NCBI GenBank assembly: GCA_965215885.1
Contig: CBDCEW010000105.1
Span: forward strand, 64,001-128,000
DNA from: Candidatus Moanibacter sp.
Lineage (GTDB): Bacteria > Verrucomicrobiota > Verrucomicrobiia > Opitutales > UBA2987
Direction: 5' to 3'
Length of the DNA stretch: 64,000 bases
The first letter of the stretch is position 1; each line of letters starts with the position of its first letter. The translations under genes were made by a program, and so were the position numbers. The notes under the pieces are model-generated. The model did no database searches. It was given only the letters and a program-made list of their open reading frames with translations, and was not told the DNA's origin. Shown in pieces: positions 53,092-64,000 of this stretch.

Positions 53092-54654
53092 ATGACGAAC
53101 ACCCCAACGGACCTCGATCGAGAATCATCGGGCATCGAGGAACCGCCGAGTCAGCTCGTCGGCATTCTCCGTCGCCTGGGGCCGGGCCTCATCATCGCCG
53201 GCTCAATCGTGGGCTCGGGCGAGCTGATCGCGACGACCAAGACGGGGGCCGAGGCCGGCTTCTCGCTGCTCTGGCTTATCCTGCTCGGTTGCGTGATCAA
53301 GGTCTTCGCCCAGGTCGAGCTCGCGCGATATACGATCCTCACTCGCAAGACCACGATGGAGGGCCTGAACGAACTGCCCGGCCCGAGTGTTTCGTTTCCG
53401 ATCGGTGGCGCCGAGAGCGGCCGAACCATCCGGGCGAATTGGTTCCTTTGGTATTGGATCCTCATGACCGCCGCCGGCCTGGGACAGCTCGGCGGCATCG
53501 TGGGCGGAGTGGGACAGGCGCTTTCGATATCCGCGCCGCTGACAGAATCGGGACGCGTCTACAACGAGGCGAGCAGCCGGCTGATCGAGCTGAGAGTGGA
53601 GAGCGCTCGGGAGGGCCTGGAGAGTGAAGAATCTTCCCCCGCCGCCGCCACTTCGCTCGAGCCTCTAGAGGGCGAAGTCGCGGAGCTTGCCTCGAAGAGT
53701 AGGGATGACATCTACTGGGCGCTCGGTTTGACGCTGATCACCATCGTTCTGCTCGTCGTCGGAAAGTACGGCCTCATCCAGAGCTTCTCGACGGCTATGG
53801 TCGCTTGCTTCACGCTCATCACGATCGGCAACCTCTTCGCGCTGGAATCGCATGAGGCCTGGGCGGTAACGCCCTCGGAGCTCCTCCATGGCCTCAGCTT
53901 CCGACTCAATTTCTCGAACGAGGGCGCGCTCGCGACGGCCCTCATGACATTTGGAATTATTGGCGTCGGCGCGGCCGAGCTGCTTGCTTACCCTTACTGG
54001 TGCCTGGAGAAGGGCTACGCGCGCTTCACCGGTCCACGCGACGACTCGCCGGAGTGGGCCAAGCGCGCCCGCGGCTGGATGCGAGTCCTGCGCTGGGATG
54101 CCTGGTGCTCGATGGTCGTCTACACGTTCGCGACGATCGCGTTCTATCTTCTGGGCGCGGCGATTCTCTGGCGCGTGGGGCTCGACCCCAAGGGGATGGA
54201 GATGATCGCGACGCTCGGGACGATGTACGTCCCAGTTTTCGGCGATTACGCGAAGCTCCTGTTTCTCTTCGGCGCGTTCGCCGTGCTTTATTCGACGTTC
54301 TTCGTCGGGACCGCGGGCGCCGCGCGCGTGGCCGCCGACGCCTTTCGCGTCGCCGGATTTTGGGCGCCGACCGAGGTCAATCGACGCCGCGCGGTTCAGG
54401 TCGCGAGCATTCTCTACCCGGTCATCTCTTTCTCAGCCTACGTCTTCTTTCGCTCGCCGGCCAAACTCGTGCTGATCAGTGGCGCCATGCAGGCCATCAT
54501 GCTCCCGATGCTCGGCGGAGCCGCGCTCTACTTCCGCTACAAGCGGATGGACGCGCGGATAGCCCCCGGCATTGGGTGGGACATCTTCCTCTGGATTTCT
54601 GGATTCGGAATGCTCCTCGTGGGAGGATATAATCTCGTGAGACTCTTTTTTTAG
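53092..54654 (+). CDS. Nramp/YcsG-like (APC-fold) membrane transporter
   Basis: LGPGLIIAGSIVGSGELIATT; ~11 hydrophobic segments. Confidence 0.8.
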   Translation: MTNTPTDLDRESSGIEEPPSQLVGILRRLGPGLIIAGSIVGSGELIATTKTGAEAGFSLLWLILLGCVIKVFAQVELARYTILTRKTTMEGLNELPGPSVSFPIGGAESGRTIRANWFLWYWILMTAAGLGQLGGIVGGVGQALSISAPLTESGRVYNEASSRLIELRVESAREGLESEESSPAAATSLEPLEGEVAELASKSRDDIYWALGLTLITIVLLVVGKYGLIQSFSTAMVACFTLITIGNLFALESHEAWAVTPSELLHGLSFRLNFSNEGALATALMTFGIIGVGAAELLAYPYWCLEKGYARFTGPRDDSPEWAKRARGWMRVLRWDAWCSMVVYTFATIAFYLLGAAILWRVGLDPKGMEMIATLGTMYVPVFGDYAKLLFLFGAFAVLYSTFFVGTAGAARVAADAFRVAGFWAPTEVNRRRAVQVASILYPVISFSAYVFFRSPAKLVLISGAMQAIMLPMLGGAALYFRYKRMDARIAPGIGWDIFLWISGFGMLLVGGYNLVRLFF

Positions 54655-55048
54655 ACTCGATTCAAGATCGGAAGGAAACGCGTCATGCATTCGATCGTGA
54701 GCCACTTCGCGCCCCTGACCTGGATCGTCCGCGGATCGCACCCCACCGGGACCCGCCTCGACGTCCGTCTGCACCTGCCTCAGACGCTAAAACAAGCCCG
54801 GCCGATCCTGGAGGAGGCGCGGCGCAAAAGCCGGCCCTTCGGCCTCAAACAATCCCTCGGAGGCAGCGAAGTGATTTCTTGAATCTCGGGAGAGTTTCGA
54901 TCAGGCTTTTTCCAGAATCTTCCTACCCAATGCGCTAAGGAGCGTGCTGGTGGACCTGGGAGGACAATTCGACATTGAACGATGATTGAAAGTAAAGAGA
55001 GACAATGGTAGTGACCGGTGGGGAGGGATTCGTGGGCCAGATCATTGA

Positions 55049-56452
55049 ATGAAAGAGAGTCTTTCCAAACTTGGTATCTGCGTCTTCACGGGTGCGGTCC
55101 TCTGGTATATCCCGTTGCCCGACAACCTGCCTTCCCATGGCTGGCAGGTCTTTTCTGTTTTCGTGGCGGTCATTCTGAGCCTCATTCTACGCCCGTTTCC
55201 CATGGGACAGATGGTTCTCCTGGGGTTGGTCGTCCTCGTAGTGACGAGAACACTCAATGAGAAGGAGGCCCTGGCCGGATACGGCAACACGACGGTCTGG
55301 CTCGTCGTCGCTGCTTTTCTTATCGCGGGAGGCATGATCAATACCGGTTTGGGAAGACGAATCGCTTTGAAAATGGTACACGGGCTGGGTAAGTCGTCCC
55401 TCGGATTGGGTTACGCACTCTGTGGAGCGGAGCTGATACTCGGACCCATTGTACCTTCCAACACGGCCCGCGGCGGCGGGGTCGTCGCTCCGGTCATGAA
55501 CTCTCTCGCCGGCACCCTCGATTCACGACCCGACCATCAACCTGAACGCATTGGGCGCTTTCTGGCTCTCGTTGGAGCGCATGCCAATCTCGTGACAGCG
55601 GCAATGTTTCTCACCGGAATGGCGGCGAATCCGCTCGTCGCAAAAGCGGCAAGTGACGTCCTTGAGGTTGAATTCGGTTGGGGAATGTGGGCTCTGGGCG
55701 GCATCGTCCCCGGACTGCTCACCCTGGCGCTTTTGCCAATCGTCATTCACAAACTCGAGACTCCCACCCTAACCGATACCAGGCCGGCACAGGAACATGC
55801 CGCCAGGGAGCTTGAGGCGATGGGCCCCTGGAGTCAGCACGAGAAGATGATGGCATTCGTTTTCGTCGTTCTCCTGCTTCTATGGTCGACGACGAGCCTC
55901 CATGGCCTGCACACCACAATCGTAGCCTGGATCGGCGTAACGCTGCTCGCTCTCAGTGGAACGCAAAAGTGGGATGATTTTGTCAGCAATAAGAACGCAT
56001 GGGATACTTTAATCTGGGTGGGAGGCCTCCTCACCATGGCAAACGCCCTGCGCGATCATGGGTTCGTGAGCTGGTTTGCCGACACGGTGGGAGGCCAACT
56101 GGCCGGTCTCCCGGGGATAGCCCTCGTTCTCGTTCTTGCGCTCGTCTACTTTTATTCGATGTATTTCTTTTCCATGCTCACGGCGCATATTGCGGCGATG
56201 GTGGCGGCTTTTTTCGCGATCGCGCTAGGCGCTGGTGCCCCTCCCCTCCTCACCGTCGCTGTCTTAGCCTACTTTTCCAACCTCTGCGCCTCTATCACGA
56301 ACTACTCAACAGGGCCGGTCGTCATATACTTCGGCCTGGGCTATGTCTCCGCCCCACAATGGTTCAGGATAGGTTTCGTCATTTCCCTCTTCCACATCGC
56401 AATCTGGTTTTCAGCCGGGATGCTCTGGTGGAAAATTCTCGGGTGGTGGTAA
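55049..56452 (+). CDS. DASS-family di/tricarboxylate transporter (CitT/TtdT-like)
   Basis: TGLGRRIA, PSNTARGGG, MFLTGMAANP, AWDTLIW, WWKILG. Confidence 0.92.
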   Translation: MKESLSKLGICVFTGAVLWYIPLPDNLPSHGWQVFSVFVAVILSLILRPFPMGQMVLLGLVVLVVTRTLNEKEALAGYGNTTVWLVVAAFLIAGGMINTGLGRRIALKMVHGLGKSSLGLGYALCGAELILGPIVPSNTARGGGVVAPVMNSLAGTLDSRPDHQPERIGRFLALVGAHANLVTAAMFLTGMAANPLVAKAASDVLEVEFGWGMWALGGIVPGLLTLALLPIVIHKLETPTLTDTRPAQEHAARELEAMGPWSQHEKMMAFVFVVLLLLWSTTSLHGLHTTIVAWIGVTLLALSGTQKWDDFVSNKNAWDTLIWVGGLLTMANALRDHGFVSWFADTVGGQLAGLPGIALVLVLALVYFYSMYFFSMLTAHIAAMVAAFFAIALGAGAPPLLTVAVLAYFSNLCASITNYSTGPVVIYFGLGYVSAPQWFRIGFVISLFHIAIWFSAGMLWWKILGWW

Positions 56453-56578
56453 CCCGCTTTTCTCACGTATCTTTACAAAACTTTACCTTCCGGACATACT
56501 TCAGAAACGCCGGTCTGCTATGTTTGCAGGAACAGGATTCGCAATGAAGCGCAGCCTGAAAACATTAGGAGACAAAAA

Positions 56579-57139
56579 ATGAAGGAACAGGAAAGTAAAA
56601 GGACACCAACTAATAACGACGACTCCACTCTATCGCACCGAAGAAAAGGGCAAGGAGGTTTTATATTCGGGAGCCTGCTAGGGGCTACCCTCGCGAGTGG
56701 AGCGCTGATTCTGGCCTTTACTTCGGCCAAAGGAAGTCCATGGGGACACCGCTCCGGCCATTCAAATTGGAGCCATGGCCACAGAGGGCACTCGAATGAC
56801 ACGATTTTTCGCGAACATGCTGAGGAGAGGCTTGATTGGATCCTCGATTGGATCGAGGTTAGCGATGAGCAGGGAGACCAGATTAAAGACATCGTTGGCG
56901 ATACTATGGTGAATATGCGGCAACTGTCAGTTGAGCACCACACCTATCGAGACGCATTCGTGTCCGCGTTTTCACAGACCGATGTCGATCGCGTAGCCCT
57001 GGAAGAGATTCGGCTCTCTGTGTTACAGTTGGCCGACGAAGCCTCCAGTGGAATGCTCGAAATGCTCGCAGAGGTTGGACAAGTGCTCACGCCGGAGCAA
57101 CGACTCGAGTTGTCAGACCACATAAGGAAGCATCACTGA
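56579..57139 (+). CDS. Spy/CpxP-like periplasmic protein with His-rich segment
   Basis: TM/signal segment, VSDEQ and LTPEQR LTxxQ-type motifs. Confidence 0.8.
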   Translation: MKEQESKRTPTNNDDSTLSHRRKGQGGFIFGSLLGATLASGALILAFTSAKGSPWGHRSGHSNWSHGHRGHSNDTIFREHAEERLDWILDWIEVSDEQGDQIKDIVGDTMVNMRQLSVEHHTYRDAFVSAFSQTDVDRVALEEIRLSVLQLADEASSGMLEMLAEVGQVLTPEQRLELSDHIRKHH

Positions 57140-57502
57140 CCGGATGATTTGTCTTCGGCCGCTCTGCCGTTCAGCAGAGTCTTCGACAAGTGGCCTTCCT
57201 ACACCTGACGGTGATCGATATGACCAATTTACATCGATTTACCGGCAGGGTAGGAAGCTCGCTCGCGAGCGATTCGATGAAATATGGAAGAGTCGGAAAG
57301 CGGGAGCTTTTCGATTTCCGCTACAGTTGATGGGAGATCGTCGCTTTCTGAAGGACTTACTGCACATAGGGAAATCCGGCTTGCCCCGCCAAGCTATTTG
57401 ATCGAAATTGTGAAGCATTCCAGCGAAAGAAAAGCGAGAGCCGGCTGCGCCCTCATAGCACCGTCGGATCAGAGCTCGATCGATCCAAACAGGCCGATTA
57501 AA

Positions 57503-58195
57503 ATGAAGAAGCGCGTCCTCATGATCGAAGATGATGAAGAGCTATCCAGCATGGTAAGAAAGTATCTTGCGGATGCAGATTTCGATGTGACCTCCCGGAC
57601 CTCAGTAAAGAGCGGACTCGAGACACTCGACAGGGATGATCATGATGCGCTTATTCTCGACCTGATGCTTCCAGATGGAGACGGCTTTGACGTCTGCCGA
57701 AAGGTACGGTCAAAGTCGGACATTCCGATCCTTATGCTCACTGCGCGCGGAGAGGAGACGGATCGAATCATCGGACTTGAACTCGGCGCCGACGATTACC
57801 TGCCAAAGCCTTTCAATCCCAGGGAGCTTCTAGCCCGGCTGCGCGCCATTCTTCGCCGCCGCGGAGACACCGGGAGATCTGGCGCGACAGTAATGAGATT
57901 CGGTCGGCTCGAAATCGACTGCGACGCCCGGACTGTGCGAGTCGACGGAAGCGTGCGTGACCTTACAGGCTACCAATTCGACCTCCTCTGTAGGCTGGCG
58001 GAGAACGCCGGGCGGGTCATGTCGCGAGACACCCTGATGAATCATCTCCGGGGTCACGATATGGAGACTTTTGACCGCAGTATCGACGTTCACATCTCGC
58101 GCCTCCGCGCAGCCATCGAGGACGACCCGAAGCACGCGCGCCGAGTCATAACCGTTCGTGGGGTCGGGTACGTCTTTGCGCGAAATCAGGATTGA
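57503..58195 (+). CDS. OmpR/CpxR-family response regulator
   Basis: IEDD, LDLMLP, LTARG, GADDYLPKPF, RSIDVHISRLR, TVRGVGY. Confidence 0.95.
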   Translation: MKKRVLMIEDDEELSSMVRKYLADADFDVTSRTSVKSGLETLDRDDHDALILDLMLPDGDGFDVCRKVRSKSDIPILMLTARGEETDRIIGLELGADDYLPKPFNPRELLARLRAILRRRGDTGRSGATVMRFGRLEIDCDARTVRVDGSVRDLTGYQFDLLCRLAENAGRVMSRDTLMNHLRGHDMETFDRSIDVHISRLRAAIEDDPKHARRVITVRGVGYVFARNQD

Positions 58196-58204
58196 GCAAA
58201 AGCC

Positions 58205-59476
58205 ATGCGGCGGCTCTACCTACAGATCTACCTCACGTTCGTCGGCATCCTTCTTATTTTCGGTGTGCTTGCATCGATCGTGCGATTCTCCGGGCTTCAG
58301 GGGCCTCAAACTCGCCGCCTGCTTCAGACTTTCGCTTCGATTTCGGGCGAGTTGCTCCCGGGACCAGACCGACCAAAAGAGGAACTCCAGACTGCACTGA
58401 ACAGATATTCTCAACACCTCTCTGCCGATTTGGCCCTTCACGATGTGGACGGATCGCTCCTCGCCGCAGCAGGTGCTCCACTACCGACTCCCGAGCCCGA
58501 TCGCTCAACCAGCGGGATAATCCGCTCCGGTCATTCCCGTCTCGCCGCAGCCATTCGCCTCCCGGACGGACGCTGGCTCATGGCACGCCACAGAATCCGC
58601 CCGGGGGGGCATGGTCTTGGATGGATAGCAAATTTGGCCCTTATGGCCGCTGCCATCGCCCTCGGCGCCTATCCGGTCGTCCGCCGCATTACCGGACGCC
58701 TCGAGCGCCTGCGGGTTCGAGTGGAGAAACTGGGCGCGGGTGACCTGGCTGCTCGAATCGAAGTTGAAGGCAACGATGAAGTCGCCGATCTGGCGCGTTG
58801 CTTTAACAGGGCGGCGGAGCGCATAGAGCATCTGGTGAACTCGCAACGCAGCATCCTGGCCGAAGCATCCCACGAGTTGCGCTCGCCCCTGACTCGTATT
58901 CGCATGGCTATAGAGCTCATTTCGGAAGAGAGAGATCCTGAACTTCGCGAGCGTGTGTCAAGGGACATCGCCGACCTGGACGAACTCATAGATGAACTGC
59001 TTCTGGCCAGCCGCCTCGAGATAATGGATGAATTCGAGAGCACGGAGCCCATCGACCTGCTCGCTCTCGTCGCTGAGGAAGCTGCCCGGGTCGGCATCGA
59101 AATTGAGGGAGAATACGTCCAGGTCATGGGAACTCAAAGCTTGCTTCGGCGTCTCGTCCGCAACCTTCTTGAAAACGCGCGCCGCTACGGGGAAGACACA
59201 CCCATCGAGTTGTCTGTCCTACCGTTGGGAGAGAGAGGCGCACAGCTCACAGTGTGTGATCGAGGTCCGGGAGTAAGCCCGGACGAACGTGAACGCATTT
59301 TCGAGCCCTTCTATCGGCCATCCGGAACAGGCGAAAAAAATGAGCGCGGTGTCGGTTTAGGACTGGCCCTTGTCCGCCGAATCGCACGCCATCACAATGG
59401 CGATGCGCGCTGCCTCCCCAGAACCGGGGGAGGCACCTGCATTGAAGTGACTCTGCAGACGGAGGATTCCAGATAA
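58205..59476 (+). CDS. HAMP-domain sensor histidine kinase
   Basis: Two TMs, SHELRSPL, NLLENA, DRGPG, FEPFYR, GVGLGL. Confidence 0.95.
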   Translation: MRRLYLQIYLTFVGILLIFGVLASIVRFSGLQGPQTRRLLQTFASISGELLPGPDRPKEELQTALNRYSQHLSADLALHDVDGSLLAAAGAPLPTPEPDRSTSGIIRSGHSRLAAAIRLPDGRWLMARHRIRPGGHGLGWIANLALMAAAIALGAYPVVRRITGRLERLRVRVEKLGAGDLAARIEVEGNDEVADLARCFNRAAERIEHLVNSQRSILAEASHELRSPLTRIRMAIELISEERDPELRERVSRDIADLDELIDELLLASRLEIMDEFESTEPIDLLALVAEEAARVGIEIEGEYVQVMGTQSLLRRLVRNLLENARRYGEDTPIELSVLPLGERGAQLTVCDRGPGVSPDERERIFEPFYRPSGTGEKNERGVGLGLALVRRIARHHNGDARCLPRTGGGTCIEVTLQTEDSR

Positions 59477-59786
59477 GATTCCCTTTCAAACTCTTTGTCG
59501 TGAGCTTCGTCGCAACGTTACCTGAGTCCCTGGGCAATGCGCAGCTCTCTTCGACTATAGGCTTTCGACAAAGTTGACGACGAAGCTCGCGACAAAGATT
59601 CCCTCACGGGGAGAGAGGCTCCTCGTCGCAAATTTCGTCGTTTCAACTTCGAATCGAAATACTACGACCTAGATTCACATTGAATTCGACCAAGTTGACG
59701 ACGTGTGTGAGATTTCAGGCCCAAAATAGAACTTGACGAAAACTCTACGACTCCATTACTCCAATTCTTTCTTTCCACCCCTTCCC

Positions 59787-59862
59787 GCCAGCTTAGCTCA
59801 ATTGGTAGAGCAACGCATTTGTAATGCGTAGGTTGTCGGTTCGAGTCCGACAGCTGGCCCCA
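59787..59862 (+). tRNA. tRNA-Thr(TGT)
   Basis: GCCAGCT/AGCTGGC acceptor stem, ACGCA-TTTGTAA-TGCGT anticodon arm, TTCGAGT T-loop, encoded CCA. Confidence 0.95.
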
Positions 59863-59866
59863 TACT

Positions 59867-60110
59867 CTAGCCCCAGATTCAATGGGCATCCATTACGTCG
59901 CTACAGCCAATCTACGTTGAATCTGGGGCTAGCCCGAACATTTCACAAACCATCTGCTGCGACTGCGGATCTCACGGCGCCTCAAAGCCTTCCCTTACCC
60001 GGCGACCTCAGAGGGTTTCAACACGCTGTCACCCGCCGGACTGCGAAAAGGCCTTGATTCACAGCAAGCTACGCATTCTCGCTACGATGTGTGTGAAATG
60101 TCCGGGCTAG
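59867..60110. mobile_element. Short palindromic element (59867-59932) plus 182-bp MITE copy B (59929-60110)
   Basis: CTAGCCCCAGATTCAA/TTGAATCTGGGGCTAG shares its CTAG with the 182-bp MITE. Confidence 0.85.
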
Positions 60111-60562
60111 TAGGCCAGCATGGCTTCGTATTCGAGAAACCCGGTATATGCCGCCCGCACTGATCGAGGATCAATCGGTCTGGTGAGATAGCCGTTCATA
60201 CCGCTGTCGAGGCAGACCTTCCTCTCCCTGCCCCCAATTCTGCTGGTCATACCGACAATAAAGGCCGGTCTCGAAAAACTCTGCCGCTCATGTTGACGAA
60301 CTGCCTCGGAAATATCGACGCCACCATAGTGGGGCAGGACCAAATCGAGGAAAATACAGTCGTAGTCGAAGTTTGCCAAAGAGATCAGAACTTCCTGACC
60401 ATTGCATGCGGTATGAAAATCGATCTGCCAGGAACAAAGCGATTCCATGATGATCTCTTGTATCCGCGGTTCATCGTCGATGATGAGAACCGATCGTTCT
60501 GTCCTACCACAGGTAGGGGACTCATTTCCTTCGCACGGTGCGCATACAATTTCGTTTAACAT
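60107..60562 (-). CDS. CheY-like single-domain response regulator
   Basis: VLIIDDE, IFLDLVLP, GMTS, GMNGYLTRP. The stop lies in the MITE CTAG. Confidence 0.75.
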   Translation of the reverse strand: MLNEIVCAPCEGNESPTCGRTERSVLIIDDEPRIQEIIMESLCSWQIDFHTACNGQEVLISLANFDYDCIFLDLVLPHYGGVDISEAVRQHERQSFSRPAFIVGMTSRIGGRERKVCLDSGMNGYLTRPIDPRSVRAAYTGFLEYEAMLAY

Positions 60563-60836
60563 AGGGACTTTTCCGTATTGGTGTGGTGAACAGTTTTGAT
60601 AATGAGCTTATTTTATCATTTTCCGCCACTCATGGGTATGGGATGTATATCCCATATAGATTGAATATTTCCCCCATTCGGCCCCTTCTTTGCCATCGAG
60701 TCGAGGTGTCTCATTCTAATATGGGCAACACGCCCTGTAGATCGACTCACCGCTTCTCAGTTTGAGAGAAAAATTCCGCGGAATTCTTTATTGCAAAGGT
60801 GCCGGATCGATATATTCACTAATTCCCTCCATTTTT

Positions 60837-60910
60837 TGCCTGGTGGTGTAATGGTAGCACGACGGGTTCTGGCTCCGTTAGTCCAGGTTCGAGCCCTGGC
60901 CGGGCAGCCA
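60837..60910 (+). tRNA. tRNA-Gln(CTG)
   Basis: TGCCTGG/CCGGGCA acceptor stem, ACGGG-TTCTGGC-TCCGT anticodon arm, TTCGAGC T-loop, CCA. Confidence 0.93.
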
Positions 60911-61344
60911 TTTTGGAAGTCATCACTTTCCGTTACCTTGAGCCCATTTCTCATAAGAAGCGGTCAATTATCTTTATTCAGCAGCAGAGAAAATCGAGAA
61001 ACGCTCTTTGTGTACTCTCGTATGCGTTAGATCGGTAAACGACCTCGGTATTGGTAGGGCTTTTTGAACCTCCAAGCGCTCAGTGCAATACGGGGCCACG
61101 GCCGTCCTCGCCCGCACCTGCGGAATCCGTGGCTGAGGTGTGCGGAAAGGGGGTTTGCGCTGCTGGGAGCCTGTTTGGGAATGACGTGTAACCTGCCACA
61201 GGGCAGGAAGGGTCCAATCGGCTAACCCGAGGGGGAGGACATGAGCATTCGGATTGTGGGGGTGATGGAGGGTTTTTTCGCTTTGAGCGGGGAGATTTCG
61301 TTGGTCCATGTCGCAGAGCAGGCTAAAGGCAAGCGAACGCCTCG

Positions 61345-61555
61345 TGGCCAGGACGCGGGCGAAGCCCTGCTGCAGATCGCCACAGTCCAGAAACCTGTTG
61401 ACCACACACACCTCCCTGATGATTGGCCGCAGGAAGCCGTAGAGGGACTGGTAGCGCCCCTCGTAGTCGGCCAGGAACGAATCGAAGTGCCGGGACAGGC
61501 ACTGCCACAGCGGCGACTCCCTGGGCCGGCGCGGACGATAGACTTGCCCCACCAT
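61345..61555 (-). pseudogene. IS91-family (Y2) transposase N-terminal fragment
   Basis: VYRPRRPRESPLWQ...YGFLRP...FLDCGDLQQGFARV. Confidence 0.75.
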
Positions 61556-61620
61556 GCCGCCCAGTGTAGAAAAGAGGGTGTGCCATCTAACGGCATACCG
61601 ATGAAGAAAGTTCGAGGAAA

Positions 61621-61715
61621 ATGAAGGCGGGTTCCAGGCCGCAGTATTACCGTATCCGGCGCATGGTGCAGATGGTGCGCGAGGGCGCCAAGAGCGGCTA
61701 TCTGCCGAACAGCGG
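61621..61715 (+). pseudogene. N-terminal fragment of a probable HTH-WYL regulator
   Basis: GAGG RBS plus MKAGSRPQYYRIRRMVQMVREG...YLPNSG, then it runs into the IS66 remnant. Family assignment is from recall only. Confidence 0.4.
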
Positions 61716-61858
61716 CGGCGGCCACCAGATCGATGTAGGATCCGTCGGTCTGTCGGCAGGTGGCAGCCAGGCTGGCGAGGATTTTCCATGTGCGGGCGCC
61801 CCTGGGGGTTTTGTTACCGCAGGAGAGTTTGCGGGCGATGACCGCGGGGCGCAGTATT
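61712..61858 (-). pseudogene. IS66 TnpC C-terminal fragment
   Basis: ILRPAVIARKLSCGNKTPRGARTWKILASLAATCRQ. Confidence 0.75.
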
Positions 61859-61905
61859 CATGCGTTGCCGTGAGCGCTCCTACACTGAGAAGCAACCGCT
61901 TGGGT

Positions 61906-62087
61906 CTAGCCCGAACATTTCACAAACCATCTGCTGCGACCACGGATGTCACTGCGCCTCAAAGCCTTCTCTTCTCCGGCGACCTCAGAGGGTTCCAACA
62001 CACTGTCGACCGCCAGACTGCGAAAAGATCTTGATCCGCAGCAACCTACGCGGTCTCGCTACGATGTGTGTGAAATGTCCGGGCTAG
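61906..62087. mobile_element. 182-bp MITE, copy C
   Basis: Same IRs. The right CTAG overlaps the first base of the IS end. Confidence 0.85.
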
Positions 62088-64000
62088 ACCTTATCCGAAA
62101 AGCTACTGATTGGCCGCAAAGAGGCGCAAAAGGCGCAAGAAAAACTTGAGAAAAATCATTTTTTGGCTTGATAAAAAGTGTCGCAACATGCTAGTGTTTA
62201 ACAACCTAAGATTAAGAAATTCGTGGAGGTAAACATGCCAACATGTGCGACAGAGGAGAACAAAAGCGATAAGACGCCCCTTAGCAACCTCATTCTGCCG
62301 GTTCCAGACACGGATTTCCGTGATTTTCTGGATGAAGTTGAAGAATTGGCCGGGTTCGCGGCGCAAATCATCGAGGCGATCGAGAAGGATCTGGACGCCC
62401 ATGCGCGTGAGAAGAAGAAACTTCGATTGGAAGATCGCAGGTTCTTTGAAGGGCGCACAGCGGAGCTGCCGGAGCTGGACATCGAGGAGGAGAATATTCT
62501 GGCTGCTGAATTGAATCTTCGGCAGGCCGGCCGCGGATGCCGGCTTATGCGGTATACGTGTTCGTGATGATTCGAGGGTTTCTGGGTTCGTTGACCACGA
62601 AACCGGCACGGCGGTTTGTGCGCGAGTCGATGAGCTTGTACGGATTTTTGCAGAGCGGGGGACTGAGAATGCCGGCGGTGACGACGATTCTGGAGAACGT
62701 GAACCTGGTCAGCCATACGACCCGCGAGTTGATCTTTGATAAACAGATTGGGTTTATCCTCCAGGAGCAATGGGACGATTTCGGGAAGCTGACGATCGAC
62801 AGCACCTCGGTGAAAGCAAACAGCTGCTGGCCCACCGATGGGAAGATTCTGAGCGGTCTTTTGATGCGGGCCAATCGTTTGGGTCAGAAGTTGCATGTCT
62901 TCGGGCTGGAGGATTTTCGCAAGGGATGGGTTGGGCGTTGGCTGGAGGAAATGGACAAGCTGGAGTTTCAGATTTGTCTGGCCGCGGGCAAACCGAAGTC
63001 GAAGGGCAAGCTGAAGAAACACTACCGGCGGTTGCTCAAGCGGGGCCGCAAGGCGGCCGACTCACTAACGGGGGAACTGAGCCATCCGTGAAGAGGGCCT
63101 GTCGATGGATTCACTGCCTCCCACTCGCCGGGAGCTTCTGGAGCGGGCATTGAGCCAGATCAGGGGCGATATTGCCGACGCCAAGCGGGTTGTTGAGTAT
63201 GCTCATGATCGGGTGTTTCACGAAAAGAAGCTACCGTCCACACAGAAGGTCCTGAGCCTCTCGGACGGATCGGCGGCCTACATCAAGAAGGGCAGCCGCA
63301 ATCCAGTGATCGGGTACAAGCCACAACTGGTTCGCAGCGAAAACGGTTTTGTCACCAGCCTGATCGTACCGCAAGGCAACGCGGCAGACTCCATTGAGCT
63401 GGCGCCGGCCATCGGCGATTCGATCAAGCGCACCGGTGTCATTGCTGAACTGGTCAGCACCGATGACGGATATGCTTCGGCGAAGGGACGCAAGGAGGTG
63501 CTGAGCATGGGGGTAAAGCAGATCAGTATCAGTGGGGCGAAGGGCAAGAAGTTGACCACCCCCGAGGACTGGGAGAGCGAGGCGTATCGCGAGGCACGCC
63601 GCGATCGCTCCGCAGTGGAGTCGCTGATGTTCACGATTAAAGATGGATTTGCCTTTGGCGAACTCGGCCGCCGCGGCATCGATGCGGTAGGCGATGAACT
63701 GCTCGAGAAGGTTCTGGCCTACAACTTCTGCCGCATCATACTGATGAAGAAACGCCGAGGGGAGGAACTGGAACAGGCAGCCTGAATCTGACCGCTTTGA
63801 AGCTCAGAGAAAAAAGCACCACGGGATGAGTATGCCTCCAGACAGCGGCAAATATACGTATTGTGCAGCAAGCCACGCCGATGGCCGCTCAATACCTGCT
63901 CATCGGCAGCGCCGGCAGCCTAAAACCCGAAACCTGCCAGCCATAGGCTGGTCCGCCCGTGGCGGAGAACCTTAATCCGCCCGCTCGAAAGGCTTTTCGA
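62087..64000 (+). mobile_element. IS5/ISNCY-like IS, copy 3 (frameshifts ~62520 and ~63088; right IR runs off the window)
   Basis: Starts GACCTTATCCGAAAAGC, near-identical to copy 2, ends GCTTTTCGA at the window edge. Confidence 0.9.

Noticed and set aside
54685..54882. 65-aa ORF between the two transporters
   Set aside because: No motif or other support; it cannot be told apart from a chance ORF.

Overview
Bacterial accessory/catabolic region, probably Verrucomicrobiota (Opitutae-like). This is an inference from the TonB receptor N-terminus 'EELVILSEFEV' and the PVC-type intergenic repeats. Enzyme genes: eight PhyH-family Fe(II)/2-oxoglutarate dioxygenases (three coupled to the same uncharacterised ~100-aa partner), five formylglycine-type sulfatases, SDR, Zn-ADH and Gfo/Idh/MocA oxidoreductases, a CN-hydrolase, and C45 and S9 peptidases. 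Also a TonB-dependent receptor, two transporters, a CpxP/RR/HK-like module, tRNA-Thr(TGT) and tRNA-Gln(CTG). Mobile DNA is dense: two IS4 elements with clean 9-bp TSDs, three copies of an IS5/ISNCY-like element, an unclassified two-ORF IS, ISAs1/IS91/IS66 remnants and many MITE/REP-like palindromes. Signals the ORF track misses: (1) two integron-type cassette arrays with attC sites, both headed by the same conserved attI-like/promoter leader, with no intI in the window; (2) an AhpD-related CxxU (CFYUT) selenoprotein read through an in-frame TGA with a SECIS-like hairpin; (3) a ~13-unit array of ~101-bp hairpin repeats split by an IS; (4) repeated insertion of IS elements into repeats and of MITEs at stop codons. 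Many single-base frameshifts suggest an imperfectly polished assembly, so pseudogene calls are provisional.
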